The notes: generated from the letters alone by a model not told the origin. A stretch of DNA of 64,000 nt from Alphaproteobacteria bacterium (GCA_965243135.1 OZ251539.1:3104001-3168000), one strand, 5' to 3'; numbered from the stretch's first letter, positions 9,603 to 19,233 are shown. Numbers and translations are program-made.

Positions 9603-10301
9603 ATGCCGATCCGCCTGATCGACCGCCCCTCTCCGAATTCCGGGCCGCGCGCGCGCGGCGTCGATATGGTCGTCCTTCACTATACGGGCATGGAAACGGC
9701 GCGGGCCGCGCTGGAGCGCCTGTGCGATCCGCAGGCCGAGGTGAGCGCTCATTATCTCGTCGAGGAGGACGGCCGCGTCTGGCGGCTGGTCGACGAGAAC
9801 AGGCGCGCGTGGCACGCGGGAAAGGCCTGCTGGGCCGGCGAAAGGAACATCAACGACAGATCGATCGGCATCGAGCTGGTCAATCCGGGACATGAATTCG
9901 GGTACCGGCCGTTCCCCGAGCCGCAAATGGCGGTCCTCGAGGAGTTGCTGGCGGAGATCGCCGCGCGCCACCGGATTCGTCCGGCGCGGATCGTCGGGCA
10001 TTCCGACGTGGCGCCGGCGCGCAAATCCGATCCGGGAGAACTGTTCGACTGGCGGCGGCTCGCACGGCGCGGGCTCGCCCTGCGGCCGGAGGTTTCGGGC
10101 GGCGCTCCCCAGGCCGCCGAGGCGCCCGCCCTGCTCGAAGCCATCGGCTACGACCGGGACGCGCCGCTCCAGGATGTCGTGAAGGCATTCCAACGGCGCT
10201 TCGCGCAGAACTCAGTGACCGGATCCCTGGATTCGCGCACGCTCGAAACGATCGCGGCGGTCGCGGCGGCTTCCGTCCGGCAAGGAAAGCAGGCCCGGTA
10301 G
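9603..10301 (+). CDS. N-acetylmuramoyl-L-alanine amidase (AmiD/AmpD family) with PG-binding tail
   Basis: SPN..R, VVLHYTGM, VSAHY, RAWHAG, SIGIELVNPGH, GHSDVAPARK.DPG, AFQRRF. Confidence 0.9.
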   Translation: MPIRLIDRPSPNSGPRARGVDMVVLHYTGMETARAALERLCDPQAEVSAHYLVEEDGRVWRLVDENRRAWHAGKACWAGERNINDRSIGIELVNPGHEFGYRPFPEPQMAVLEELLAEIAARHRIRPARIVGHSDVAPARKSDPGELFDWRRLARRGLALRPEVSGGAPQAAEAPALLEAIGYDRDAPLQDVVKAFQRRFAQNSVTGSLDSRTLETIAAVAAASVRQGKQAR

Positions 10302-10369
10302 CGCCGCGGCGCTTCGCGCTATCCCGTCGGCGAGCGCACCATGAACCGAGGGCCACGGTACGGACGCCG

Positions 10370-10400
10370 GCGCCATGTCATCCAACGACATGGCGCTTTT
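10370..10400 (+). terminator. Probable intrinsic terminator after amidase
   Basis: Stem GCGCCATGTC/GACATGGCGC, 7-nt loop, then TTTT. Confidence 0.55.
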
Positions 10401-10701
10401 CCGGATCCCCCTTCCGTCAATCAGGCCGGGCCGGCAGCGTCTTCTCCCGGATTCCGAAGGGCAGCGCTTCCTGATCGGCAGTCGCTGCCGCCGAAGCGGA
10501 GCCGTTTCCGGGAACGCTCCAATCCTCGTCTTCCGGGCTTGCGGGCGATGTCCATGTTTTTTCGGAGAAACCCGGGCGACGATTTATTTGCGGGGCGCAG
10601 ACGGAATCTGTCCCTCGGCAAGGAGGGGCATTTTCTCCCGCTTCGAGGCATAATGCGGAGGTTGCGCCAACGTCCTCGACGACCGGCGCGGGAGGCATCG
10701 C

Positions 10702-11500
10702 ATGGGGCACGTCAGTCCTCTTCGCTACCATGGAGGGAAAGCAGGGATCTCTGATTTCCCGGCCGCTGCGGTCGATCGAAACCGTCTCGAGAGATGCGAA
10801 TGCCTCGAACCGCATGCCGTAGGAGCAGGCGCGGCCCTGCGCGGTATCGTTTCGGAGGTCCGTCTCAGCGACGCCGGTCTGCGAGTCCACGCATTCCGGC
10901 GTTCCCGAGTTCAGAGCGTGCCCCTTACGATCGGCGAGCGGAAGAAACAGCGCGAGATCTGCAAGCGATCCCGGGAACGCGATTTTTTCGATCCCGGCTT
11001 CGCAGCACTCCGCGCGAACCGCTGCAACACGTCGGAGTTTCCGACCGGACCGATCAGCGGACAGGCCGGATCCCGGCGCGTCCGGTTCAGCCGGCAAACC
11101 CCGTCCGGGCGCATCGAGCGCCTTTCCGGTCTGCGCGACGGCATCCGCCTCCATGATGCCGTCGCCTTTCTCAAGACGACGCTCCCGAAGGGCCGCAAAA
11201 GACAGCGGCGCCGACCGCCCTGCGTCGACGACGTCCACCGGCTCTGCCGCTGCATGCCCAACGACCACGAGAAGCCGGCGCGCCGCTTTCTCGCGCAAAA
11301 TCGCCGCGGTGGATCCTGTCGTACGACGACCGCGGCCTCATCGGAAAATCGTGTCGGGACTGCAAGCAATTTTTGTCGCCGCTTCATTACGCCCTGCAGT
11401 GCGAACGGCTTGAGGAAGAGCTCGTCGTCTCCTCGCCGCACGTTTCCTTGCCTTCGGACTATCGCAGAGGCCGCGCTAGGATCCGGATCCAGGAGATCGC
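10702..11500 (+). pseudogene. Decayed Dam-like (D12 class) DNA adenine methyltransferase
   Basis: Eroded motifs SPLRYHGGK (for SPLRYPGGK), EPHAVGAG (for EPF/YAGGA), NRCN, PPCV (for DPPY); frameshift near 11300 after which WILSYDD...YALQ continues in another frame. Confidence 0.75.
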
Positions 11501-11516
11501 CAAAAAGGACCATGTC

Positions 11517-12611
11517 ATGACAAACCCTGATTCTCTTGAACGGATTCCCGTTTCCGAATTGCGCTTCGACTTCCGCAACCCCAGACTGGCGGAATATGGC
11601 ATTACGGAGAGAACAAAAGAAAACGAAATCATCTCCATATTGTGGGATGCAATGGACGTTCAGGAACTCGTACAATCGATTGTCGCGAGCGGCTATTTTG
11701 AACAAGAGCCGCTTATTGTGACGAAAGAAAAACGAAATTTCATCGTCATCGAAGGAAATCGCAGACTCGCCGCCGTAAAGGTTATTCTCGATTCCGATAT
11801 CGCGAAAATCGTGGGCTACGGAAAAAGGCATCGAAAATCGACCCTCGATCCCCTTCGCGAACTGCCGGCCGTCGTTTCCAGCCGCAAGCAATCGTGGCGC
11901 TATCTCGGTTTCAAGCACGTCAACGGTCCGGCGAAATGGGGCAGTTACGCGAAAGCGAAATATATTGCCGAAGTTCATAGGGAGTACGGCATACCCCTCG
12001 AGGACATCGCCGAGCAGATAGGAGACCGTCACAAGACGGTACAACGTCTATATAGAGGACTTCGGATCCTGGAGCAGGCGGAGGAGGAGAAAGTCTTCGA
12101 TCGCGACGACCGTTACAGAACCCGTTTTTCTTTTTCCCATCTATACACGGGCCTGGATTATGAAGGCATCAGCGATTTTCTTTCCATCGAATCGGACGAC
12201 GCAGACGCTTTGGTGCCTCCACATGCAATGGATTGCCTCCGTGAACTTTGCCTCTGGCTGTATGGAAGCAAGCGCGAACGACAGCCTCCCGTCGTCGAAA
12301 GGCAGAATCCAAACCTTCGCGAACTCGATCAGGTCTTGAGGAAACCGGAAGCGCTGCTGGTGCTTCGCGGAGGCGCGGGACTATCCGTCGCGCTCAATCA
12401 CAGTCGTCCGCCAAGGCAAGTTCTGGAAGAGAATCTTTCAAACGCTAAGCTGTCCCTCCAACATGCTCGCGGATTTCTGACGCAGGGCTTCGATCGTTCG
12501 GATACCCTGCTGCGCTTGGCGGGCGCGATAGCCGACTTGGCCGACGATATCTATGAGGAGATGGAGCGCTTGAGTTCGGGCCGACGCAAAAGGCGCCAGA
12601 CGGAAGAATAG
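11517..12611 (+). CDS. ParB/Srx-fold N-terminal domain protein with HTH-like region
   Basis: LRFDFRNPRL, VIEGNRRLAAVK, HVNGPAKW, then IAEQIG..KTVQRL; start MTNPDS after AAGGA; lower GC than flanks. Confidence 0.75.
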   Translation: MTNPDSLERIPVSELRFDFRNPRLAEYGITERTKENEIISILWDAMDVQELVQSIVASGYFEQEPLIVTKEKRNFIVIEGNRRLAAVKVILDSDIAKIVGYGKRHRKSTLDPLRELPAVVSSRKQSWRYLGFKHVNGPAKWGSYAKAKYIAEVHREYGIPLEDIAEQIGDRHKTVQRLYRGLRILEQAEEEKVFDRDDRYRTRFSFSHLYTGLDYEGISDFLSIESDDADALVPPHAMDCLRELCLWLYGSKRERQPPVVERQNPNLRELDQVLRKPEALLVLRGGAGLSVALNHSRPPRQVLEENLSNAKLSLQHARGFLTQGFDRSDTLLRLAGAIADLADDIYEEMERLSSGRRKRRQTEE

Positions 12612-12614
12612 ACA

Positions 12615-13547
12615 ATGTTCAAATTACCCAATCCACCGTCTCCGCAGGCCGGAATTCACGAGTTGGCCGATTTCGCCGAGATTTTGAGCTGGATCAGGGG
12701 CAAGATTTCCAGCTCGGAAATAGCCAACTGCCTGATACGGAGTGACGAAAATGACGGAAAGATGGGGATCGAACACGACGAGGACAGGATAAACGAAAAT
12801 CTCGAAGAGGTAATGAATGAAACCGGACGCAGAAAAGCAGCTTGCCAGGCGGGATACCCCTTTGAACATGATGGACAGGGAAGCATCCTGAAAAGGCTCG
12901 GATCCGACACACGAAACAAGAAACGAATAATTTACATTTATCTTTTGCTTGGCACCCGACTCAACATGAAAAACAACCGCGTACACAACGGCATAGACGG
13001 GACGGCCCTATTGGAGGAGATGTCGGCCAACGTTCTCAAAGCCTATCTGGGTTCCCGAAATGCGCGCGCTTACATATTCGGGACCTCGAACAGGGATGCG
13101 GTCAATGCGTTCGAGGACAAGGTCAATACCTTGTGCAATGAACTTGGAGAAGGCGCGCGGTTCAGGAATTTGAACGGAGGACCGGTTCACGCTCAGGACG
13201 CCGGACTGGATGTCGTGGGGTGGATTCCGTTCCTGGACGCTACGCCCGGGCAGTTGATAGTTTTCGGACAATGCAAGACGGGCACGGAGTGGCGAAACCA
13301 TACATCGGATCTCGATCCCGCAAGATTCAACAAGCTGTGGATGGAGGAACCGTTTCTCGTCGATCCGGTCAGGGCGTATTTCGTTGCAGAAGCGGTCGAT
13401 AGATCCAATTGGAAGGCAAGCAGCATCGCGGCGGGCATCTTGTTCGATCGTTGCCGTTTGGTCCAGTATAGCGGCGGTCTGTCCGGAGATCTGCTTTCCC
13501 GCATTCGCAAGTGGACTTCGGCGGCCGGGAGAACGGTCGGGATTTGA
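12615..13547 (+). CDS. PD-(D/E)XK, Mrr-like restriction endonuclease-fold protein
   Basis: DAGLDVVGW...FGQCKTG fits the D-x-G-h-D...Q-x-K pattern; 3 nt downstream of ParB gene; low GC. Confidence 0.6.
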   Translation: MFKLPNPPSPQAGIHELADFAEILSWIRGKISSSEIANCLIRSDENDGKMGIEHDEDRINENLEEVMNETGRRKAACQAGYPFEHDGQGSILKRLGSDTRNKKRIIYIYLLLGTRLNMKNNRVHNGIDGTALLEEMSANVLKAYLGSRNARAYIFGTSNRDAVNAFEDKVNTLCNELGEGARFRNLNGGPVHAQDAGLDVVGWIPFLDATPGQLIVFGQCKTGTEWRNHTSDLDPARFNKLWMEEPFLVDPVRAYFVAEAVDRSNWKASSIAAGILFDRCRLVQYSGGLSGDLLSRIRKWTSAAGRTVGI

Positions 13548-13958
13548 CGAAACGAGCGGTCGTCGAATCGACTGCGGCGAACGGAGACGGGCTCAGCGTC
13601 GTCGACGGATGCCGGGGCGGCGCGGAAAAGCCGCCCGAAAATCGCGGCGGCGGCGGGTCTCTTCGAATTATCGAAACCCGAGCTTTCCGCGCTGAGGTCG
13701 CTGGTTTACCGGACGCCGTTCGGCGCCCCGTCCAGCCGCCGGCGCGCGCTTGCGCCGGCACGGGCGGGCGGGCACCCTCAGGAAACCCCGCCGCTCCTCG
13801 GCCCGCGCAGAGCCGTCGCCCGGAGTCCCGAAACGCGAAGCGAACGACAAACCGACGTTCTTGTATTGTCCGGCCTCGGCGCCCGCGTTCCGGGCGTCTC
13901 GAACGCTCTGCCTGCCGCAAGCGATCGAGCCGCTTCTTCCGGACGTTTTCCGCTAATG

Positions 13959-13973
13959 GAACATATTTCGAAC
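13959..13973. promoter_or_regulatory. Alphaproteobacterial LexA (SOS) box
   Basis: GAAC-ATATTTC-GAAC, exact GAAC-N7-GAAC. Confidence 0.55.
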
Positions 13974-14094
13974 ATGCGCGCGGGAACTACGGCGGGAGTT
14001 GAACGGATGCGTCGCAACCCGTTCGATCGCGGCCGTTTCGTTGCGAATTGCCGAGTCTTGCCGCGAATTCCGCCCCGTCAACACGCCGGAAATC

Positions 14095-14109
14095 GAACAA
14101 AATAAGAAC
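14095..14109. promoter_or_regulatory. Alphaproteobacterial LexA (SOS) box
   Basis: GAAC-AAAATAA-GAAC, exact GAAC-N7-GAAC. Confidence 0.6.
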
Positions 14110-14198
14110 GGAATTCTTTCGAAACCCGGTCGCTGGTCCGGCCAGCTTCGCGTCGGAAACGGAGGACCGGCGGCGCGAAAAAAAATTTTACGGAATTG

Positions 14199-14252
14199 TT
14201 GCATCGAGTCCAAATTATCCCATAGAATGGCACGCTAGACCATGAATTCCCA
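14199..14252 (+). promoter_or_regulatory. dcw promoter with MraZ-type operator repeats
   Basis: TTGCAT-18-TAGAAT overlapped by 10-bp-phased pentamers GTCCA/TCCCA/TGGCA/GACCA/TCCCA (TGGGA-like on the minus strand). Confidence 0.6.
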
Positions 14253-14310
14253 TCTGAGAGTGGGAGACGAATGATCGCCGGTTCGCCGGCGCTGGGCAAG
14301 GAAACGTTCG

Positions 14311-14814
14311 GTGACGCTGTTCATTTCGACATTCGAGAACAAGGTCGACCGCAAGGGCCGCGTATCGGTTCCCGCCTCCTTCCGCATGGCTCTGAGCGAA
14401 CCCCACTGCATACTCGTCGGCTATCTCCCGCCGAACAAGGCGCTTACCGGATTCGACCGGTCCAGGCTCGACATCCTCTATCCGCAACCGTTGGACGGTT
14501 TGCAATCCGACGACTCGCAGCCGAATCCGGCGGAGAAAGAGGAACGAATCGCCAGGGAGCGGCTGCGGCTCCAGCGGGAAATGATGGGCCAGTCCGACGA
14601 CGGCGTCATGGACACGCTCAACGCCAACACGCGCGAATTGTCCTTCGACGGCGAAGGCCGGGTCGTGCTGCCGGCGGACCTGATGAAACGCGCGAACATC
14701 GAGGATCGCGCGATGTTCGTCGGCCGCGGAGCCCGGTTCGAAATCTGGAATCCCGATCTGTACGAGCGGCAACGGGAGGCGGAATTCAAGGCCCTCGCCG
14801 GAGAGGCCGCATGA
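14311..14814 (+). CDS. mraZ: Division/cell wall cluster transcriptional repressor MraZ
   Basis: FENKVDRKGRVSVPA and FDGEGRVVLP..FVGRG..FEIW; first gene of dcw. Confidence 0.92.
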   Translation: MTLFISTFENKVDRKGRVSVPASFRMALSEPHCILVGYLPPNKALTGFDRSRLDILYPQPLDGLQSDDSQPNPAEKEERIARERLRLQREMMGQSDDGVMDTLNANTRELSFDGEGRVVLPADLMKRANIEDRAMFVGRGARFEIWNPDLYERQREAEFKALAGEAA

Positions 14815-15737
14815 ACGCCCGCCACGAACCGGTCATGGTCGCGGAGATGCTCGCCGCGATTGCGCCCGCGGACGGACGCGCCTATCTCGACGGCACCTTC
14901 GGCGGCGGCGGCTGGAGCGCCGCGATCCTGGACGCGGCCGACTGCCTGGTCTGGGCCGTCGATCGCGACCCCGCCGCAATTCGAATCGCCAACGCCATGG
15001 CCGCCCGTTACGACGGACGGCTCAGGCCCGTCGAAGGCAGATTCGGCGACATGGCCGCGCTCCTTGCCGACAACGGCGTCGAACGGGTCGACGGCGTCGC
15101 GCTCGATCTCGGCGTATCCTCGATGCAGCTCGACGACCCCGCGCGCGGCTTCGGCTTTCGCGGTTCCGGTCCCCTCGACATGCGCATGGAACGCCGCGGC
15201 GAAAGCGCCCGCGATTTCGTCAACGGAGCCGACGAGGCGGAGCTCGCGGAGGTCATCTATCGCTACGGCGAGGAGCGCCGGGCGAGGCGAATCGCCCGCG
15301 CCATCGCGACGGCCCGGACGAAGCGCCCGATATCGACGACCGCGCAGCTCGCCGACATCGTTCGCGGCGCCTGCCGCGGCGGAGCGCGAATCGATCCCGC
15401 CACCCGCACGTTCCAGGCGGTCCGCATCCGGATCAACCGGGAACTCGAAGAGCTCGAACGCGGCTTGAGGGCGGCCGAGACCGTGCTCGCGCCGGGAGGG
15501 CGGATCGCGGTGGTCTCCTTTCATTCCCTCGAAGATCGCATCGTCAAGACCTTTCTCGGCGAACGATCGGCGCGGGAAGCCCCGACGTCGCGGCACGCGC
15601 CGCCCGCGCCCTCGCGGCGGCCCGCCTTCCGGCAGCGGCGGCGCGCGGCGATCAAACCCGCCGACGAAGAGGTTCGCCGCAATCCGCGGGCGCGGTCCGC
15701 CCGGCTGCGGTTCGCCGAACGCGTCGCGGAGGCGTAG
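14811..15737 (+). CDS. rsmH: 16S rRNA m4C1402 methyltransferase
   Basis: HEPVM, DGTFGGGG, DLGVSSMQLD, PLDMRM, FHSLEDR, NPRARSA. Confidence 0.95.
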   Translation: MNARHEPVMVAEMLAAIAPADGRAYLDGTFGGGGWSAAILDAADCLVWAVDRDPAAIRIANAMAARYDGRLRPVEGRFGDMAALLADNGVERVDGVALDLGVSSMQLDDPARGFGFRGSGPLDMRMERRGESARDFVNGADEAELAEVIYRYGEERRARRIARAIATARTKRPISTTAQLADIVRGACRGGARIDPATRTFQAVRIRINRELEELERGLRAAETVLAPGGRIAVVSFHSLEDRIVKTFLGERSAREAPTSRHAPPAPSRRPAFRQRRRAAIKPADEEVRRNPRARSARLRFAERVAEA

Positions 15738-15741
15738 CGCC

Positions 15742-16116
15742 ATGGTCCGTTCGATCCTCGTCTGGAGCGTTCTCTGCGTCGCGGTCGCGGTCGGACTGCT
15801 CGTCGTCAAGCAACGGGTCCAGGAACGCGAGGACCGCCTGGAGGCGCTCGGAAACGAGCTCGCCGCCAACGACAACGCCATCGCCGTGCTGAGAGCCGAG
15901 TGGAGCTACCTGAACCAGCCCGCCCGGCTGGAGGATCTCGCCATCCGCCATCTCGGCCTGGAACCGCCGCGGCCCGACCAGATCCGGTCGGTGCGCGACT
16001 TTATCGAGCGCTCCGAAGGCAAGGAGCCGGAACCGCAGACGTCGCCGCGGCAACGGCCCGCGCAACCGCACGACTGGCTCGGCCCCATCCTCTCGAGCCT
16101 GAAGGACGAGCGATGA
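15742..16116 (+). CDS. ftsL: Cell division protein FtsL
   Basis: TM + coiled coil with LRAEWSYLNQPARL; between rsmH and ftsI. Confidence 0.85.
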   Translation: MVRSILVWSVLCVAVAVGLLVVKQRVQEREDRLEALGNELAANDNAIAVLRAEWSYLNQPARLEDLAIRHLGLEPPRPDQIRSVRDFIERSEGKEPEPQTSPRQRPAQPHDWLGPILSSLKDER

Positions 16117-17786
16117 CGGCCATCAGAATCGAAGGCGACCGCAAATCCGCCATCGAGACCGGGCGCAACCGCCTGATGGTCGCCGGAGCCCTGTTCGTCG
16201 CCGCGTTCGGAGTGATCGCCGTCCGCATGATCGACGTCTCGCTTATCCGCATGGAAGAGCCGGCGGCGCGGCGCGCCGCGGACGTCCGCCCGTCCGACGG
16301 GCGCGCCGACATTCTGGATCGCAACGGCGCGCTGATGGCGACGAGCGTGAACGCCGCCTCCCTCTACGCCAACCCGCGGAAGATCCAGGACGCCCGGCGT
16401 GCCGCGCGCCGCCTTTCGGACGTTCTGCCCGACCTCGACTGGACGCAGGTCGAAAAGAACCTGCTGCTGGACAGAAACTTCGTCTGGCTCCGCCGCCACT
16501 TGACCCCCAGGCTGAAATACGAGGTGAATCGGCTCGGCATCCCGGGCCTCGATTTCCAGAACGAAACCCGCCGCATCTATCCGCTCGGCGGACTGGCGGC
16601 CCATGTCGTCGGCTTCACCGACGTCGACGGCCGCGGCCTGTCCGGAGTCGAGAGCTACTTCGACAAGGCGCTGCGCTCCCGCGACGGCAAGCTCGCGCTC
16701 TCGATCGACATTCGCGTGCAGCACGCCCTCGAGCACGAGCTGCGGAGCGCGATGGACAAATATTCCGCCATCGGCGGCGCCGGAATCGTGATGGACGCGG
16801 ATTCCGGCGAGATCCTCGCCATGGCCTCCCTGCCCGACTTCGACCCCAACCAGCCCGGCGCGATCGCCGAAGACCTGCGCATCAACCGCGCGACCCTCGG
16901 CGTCTACGAAATGGGTTCCACCTTCAAGATCTTCACCACCGCCATGGCCCTCGACGCCGGAACCGTGACGCTCAGCGACGGTTACGACGCGACCCATCCG
17001 ATCCGCGTCGCCCGCTTCACCATCCGCGATCACCGTCCGCAGAAGCGATGGCTCTCCGTTCCCGAAATATTCATGCATTCGTCCAACATCGGCACCGTCA
17101 AGATGGCGCGCGCCGTCGGCGCCGAAGCGCACCGCCGCTTCCTGTCCAGCCTCGGCATGATGAAGACCGTGAACGTCGAGCTTACGGAGATCGGCGCGCC
17201 GCTGTCGCCCGATCGTTGGCGCGAGATCAACGCGATGACGATCTCCTACGGACACGGCCTCGCCGTCAGCCCGCTTCACCTGACGGCCGGCGTGGCGGCG
17301 ATCGTGAACGGCGGCATCTATCGCGATCCGACCCTTCTGCGCCGCGAACCCGGCGACGCGCCGGAAGGCCGCCGCGTCGTCTCCGCCGCCACTTCGGAGA
17401 AGATGCGCAAGCTGTTGCGGCTCGCGGTCGAGAGCGGAACCGGACGCCGCGCGGACGCGAGGGGCTATTTCGTCGGCGGAAAGACCGGCACCGCGGAAAA
17501 GGTTTCCGGGCGCGGATACCAGCGCAAGGCGATGATTTCGTCCTTCATCGGCGCGTTTCCGATGCACCGTCCCCGCTACGTGGTGCTGGCGATGCTCGAC
17601 GAGGCGAAGGGCACCGCGAAGACCTACGGCCACGCCACGGGCGGCTGGGTCGCGGCGCCCGTCGTCGGCGCCGTCGTCCGGCGCGTCGCGCCGCTGCTCG
17701 GCATCCGGCCCGCCGGCGATCCCGACTCGATTCGCTTGATGCTCGCCATCGACTTCCGGAGGGAGAGGCAGGTTGCGGCTCAGTGA
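16113..17786 (+). CDS. ftsI: Penicillin-binding protein 3 (division transpeptidase)
   Basis: RADILDRNG, EMGSTFK (SxxK), SSN, GGKTGT. Confidence 0.95.
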   Translation: MTAIRIEGDRKSAIETGRNRLMVAGALFVAAFGVIAVRMIDVSLIRMEEPAARRAADVRPSDGRADILDRNGALMATSVNAASLYANPRKIQDARRAARRLSDVLPDLDWTQVEKNLLLDRNFVWLRRHLTPRLKYEVNRLGIPGLDFQNETRRIYPLGGLAAHVVGFTDVDGRGLSGVESYFDKALRSRDGKLALSIDIRVQHALEHELRSAMDKYSAIGGAGIVMDADSGEILAMASLPDFDPNQPGAIAEDLRINRATLGVYEMGSTFKIFTTAMALDAGTVTLSDGYDATHPIRVARFTIRDHRPQKRWLSVPEIFMHSSNIGTVKMARAVGAEAHRRFLSSLGMMKTVNVELTEIGAPLSPDRWREINAMTISYGHGLAVSPLHLTAGVAAIVNGGIYRDPTLLRREPGDAPEGRRVVSAATSEKMRKLLRLAVESGTGRRADARGYFVGGKTGTAEKVSGRGYQRKAMISSFIGAFPMHRPRYVVLAMLDEAKGTAKTYGHATGGWVAAPVVGAVVRRVAPLLGIRPAGDPDSIRLMLAIDFRRERQVAAQ

Positions 17787-19233
17787 ACTCGTCGTGGAAG
17801 CGGGAATGCACGCCGCCTGCCCCGCGGGCGACCCGGAAATCACCGGACTGGCCTCCGACTCCCGGGCGGTGGCCCCCGGCTTTCTGTTCGCGGCCCTGCC
17901 GGGTTCGCGCGCGGACGGGCGGCGCTTCATTCCCGACGCGATCCGCCGGGGAGCGAGCGCGGTCCTCGCGCCGACCGGCACGTCCGTCGCCGGAAACCGC
18001 GTCGCGCTCGTCACCTCGGGCGACGCGCGCGCCGCCCTCGCCCGCCTCGCGGCGGCCTTTTCGGGGCGCCAGCCCGCGACCGTCGCCGCCGTCACCGGCA
18101 CCAACGGCAAGACTTCCGTCGCCCACTTCACGCGCCGGATTTGGTCGATGCTGGGCTTCGAGGCGGCCGCCATCGGCACTCTCGGCCTGACCGTCGACGG
18201 CGCCTGCGAAAACCCGCCGGGCCTGACCACGCCGGACCCGGTGTCGCTGCACGGCGCGTTGGCCGGGCTCGCCGGCAAGGGCATCGACCGCGCGGTGATC
18301 GAAGCCTCCAGCCACGGCCTCGACCAGCGGCGCCTCGACGGCGTCCGGTTGCGCGCCGCCGCGTTCACCAACCTCACGCGGGACCATCTCGACTACCACG
18401 GCACCTGGCCGGCCTACCGCGCCGCCAAGCTGCGCCTGTTCTCGGAACTCCTGCCGGAGGACGGCGTGGCGGTCGCGAACGCCGACGCCCCGGAATTCGG
18501 GGCGGTGGCCGCCGCCGCGAAAGGCCGCGTCGTCTCCTACGGATTCGACGGCCGCGACCTGCGCCTCGTCGAGGCGACCCCCGCCGCCGACGGGCAGCTT
18601 CTCTCGCTGCGCGCGTTCGGCCGCGACGCGAAGCTCGACCTTCCCCTGGCGGGCAGGTTCCAGGCCTTCAACGCGCTGTGCGCGATCGGACTCGCCGTCG
18701 CCTGCGGCGCGGAACCCGGGGACGCGCTCGGCTGCGCCGAACGCCTGTCCGGCGCGCCGGGACGCATGCAGCGGATCGGCCGCCTTCCCCGCGGCGGCGC
18801 GGCTTACGTCGACTACGCGCACACGCCCGACGCGCTGGAAAACGTCCTGCTGGCGCTGCGTCCGCATGCCGCCGGCCGGCTTATCGTCGTCTTCGGATGC
18901 GGCGGCGACCGCGACCGCGGCAAGCGGCCGGCGATGGGACGCGTCGCGTCCGCGCTGGCGGATCTCGCGATCGTCACCGACGACAACCCGCGCAGCGAAG
19001 CGCCCGCCGCCATTCGAGCCGAGATCCTGGCCGCGGCGCCCGCCGCGACGGAGATCGGAGACCGCGCCGAAGCCATCGCGAAAGGCGTCGATCTGGCGGG
19101 CGGCCGGGACGTCCTGGTCGTCGCCGGCAAAGGCCACGAATCCGGCCAGATCGTCGGCGACGAAATTCTTCCCTTCGACGACGCGGAAGTTGCCCGGAAC
19201 GCCGTCGTCCGGGCTGGAGGAACACCCGAATGA
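17773..19233 (+). CDS. murE: UDP-MurNAc-tripeptide synthetase
   Basis: TGTNGKTS, EASSHGL, VDYAHTPDAL, DDNPR; TTG start. Confidence 0.95.
   Translation: MRLSELVVEAGMHAACPAGDPEITGLASDSRAVAPGFLFAALPGSRADGRRFIPDAIRRGASAVLAPTGTSVAGNRVALVTSGDARAALARLAAAFSGRQPATVAAVTGTNGKTSVAHFTRRIWSMLGFEAAAIGTLGLTVDGACENPPGLTTPDPVSLHGALAGLAGKGIDRAVIEASSHGLDQRRLDGVRLRAAAFTNLTRDHLDYHGTWPAYRAAKLRLFSELLPEDGVAVANADAPEFGAVAAAAKGRVVSYGFDGRDLRLVEATPAADGQLLSLRAFGRDAKLDLPLAGRFQAFNALCAIGLAVACGAEPGDALGCAERLSGAPGRMQRIGRLPRGGAAYVDYAHTPDALENVLLALRPHAAGRLIVVFGCGGDRDRGKRPAMGRVASALADLAIVTDDNPRSEAPAAIRAEILAAAPAATEIGDRAEAIAKGVDLAGGRDVLVVAGKGHESGQIVGDEILPFDDAEVARNAVVRAGGTPE

Noticed and set aside
7668-10193. 841-aa ORF as a fusion protein
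   Set aside because: Only the last 319 aa are the amidohydrolase; the rest is antisense to djlA and the amidase
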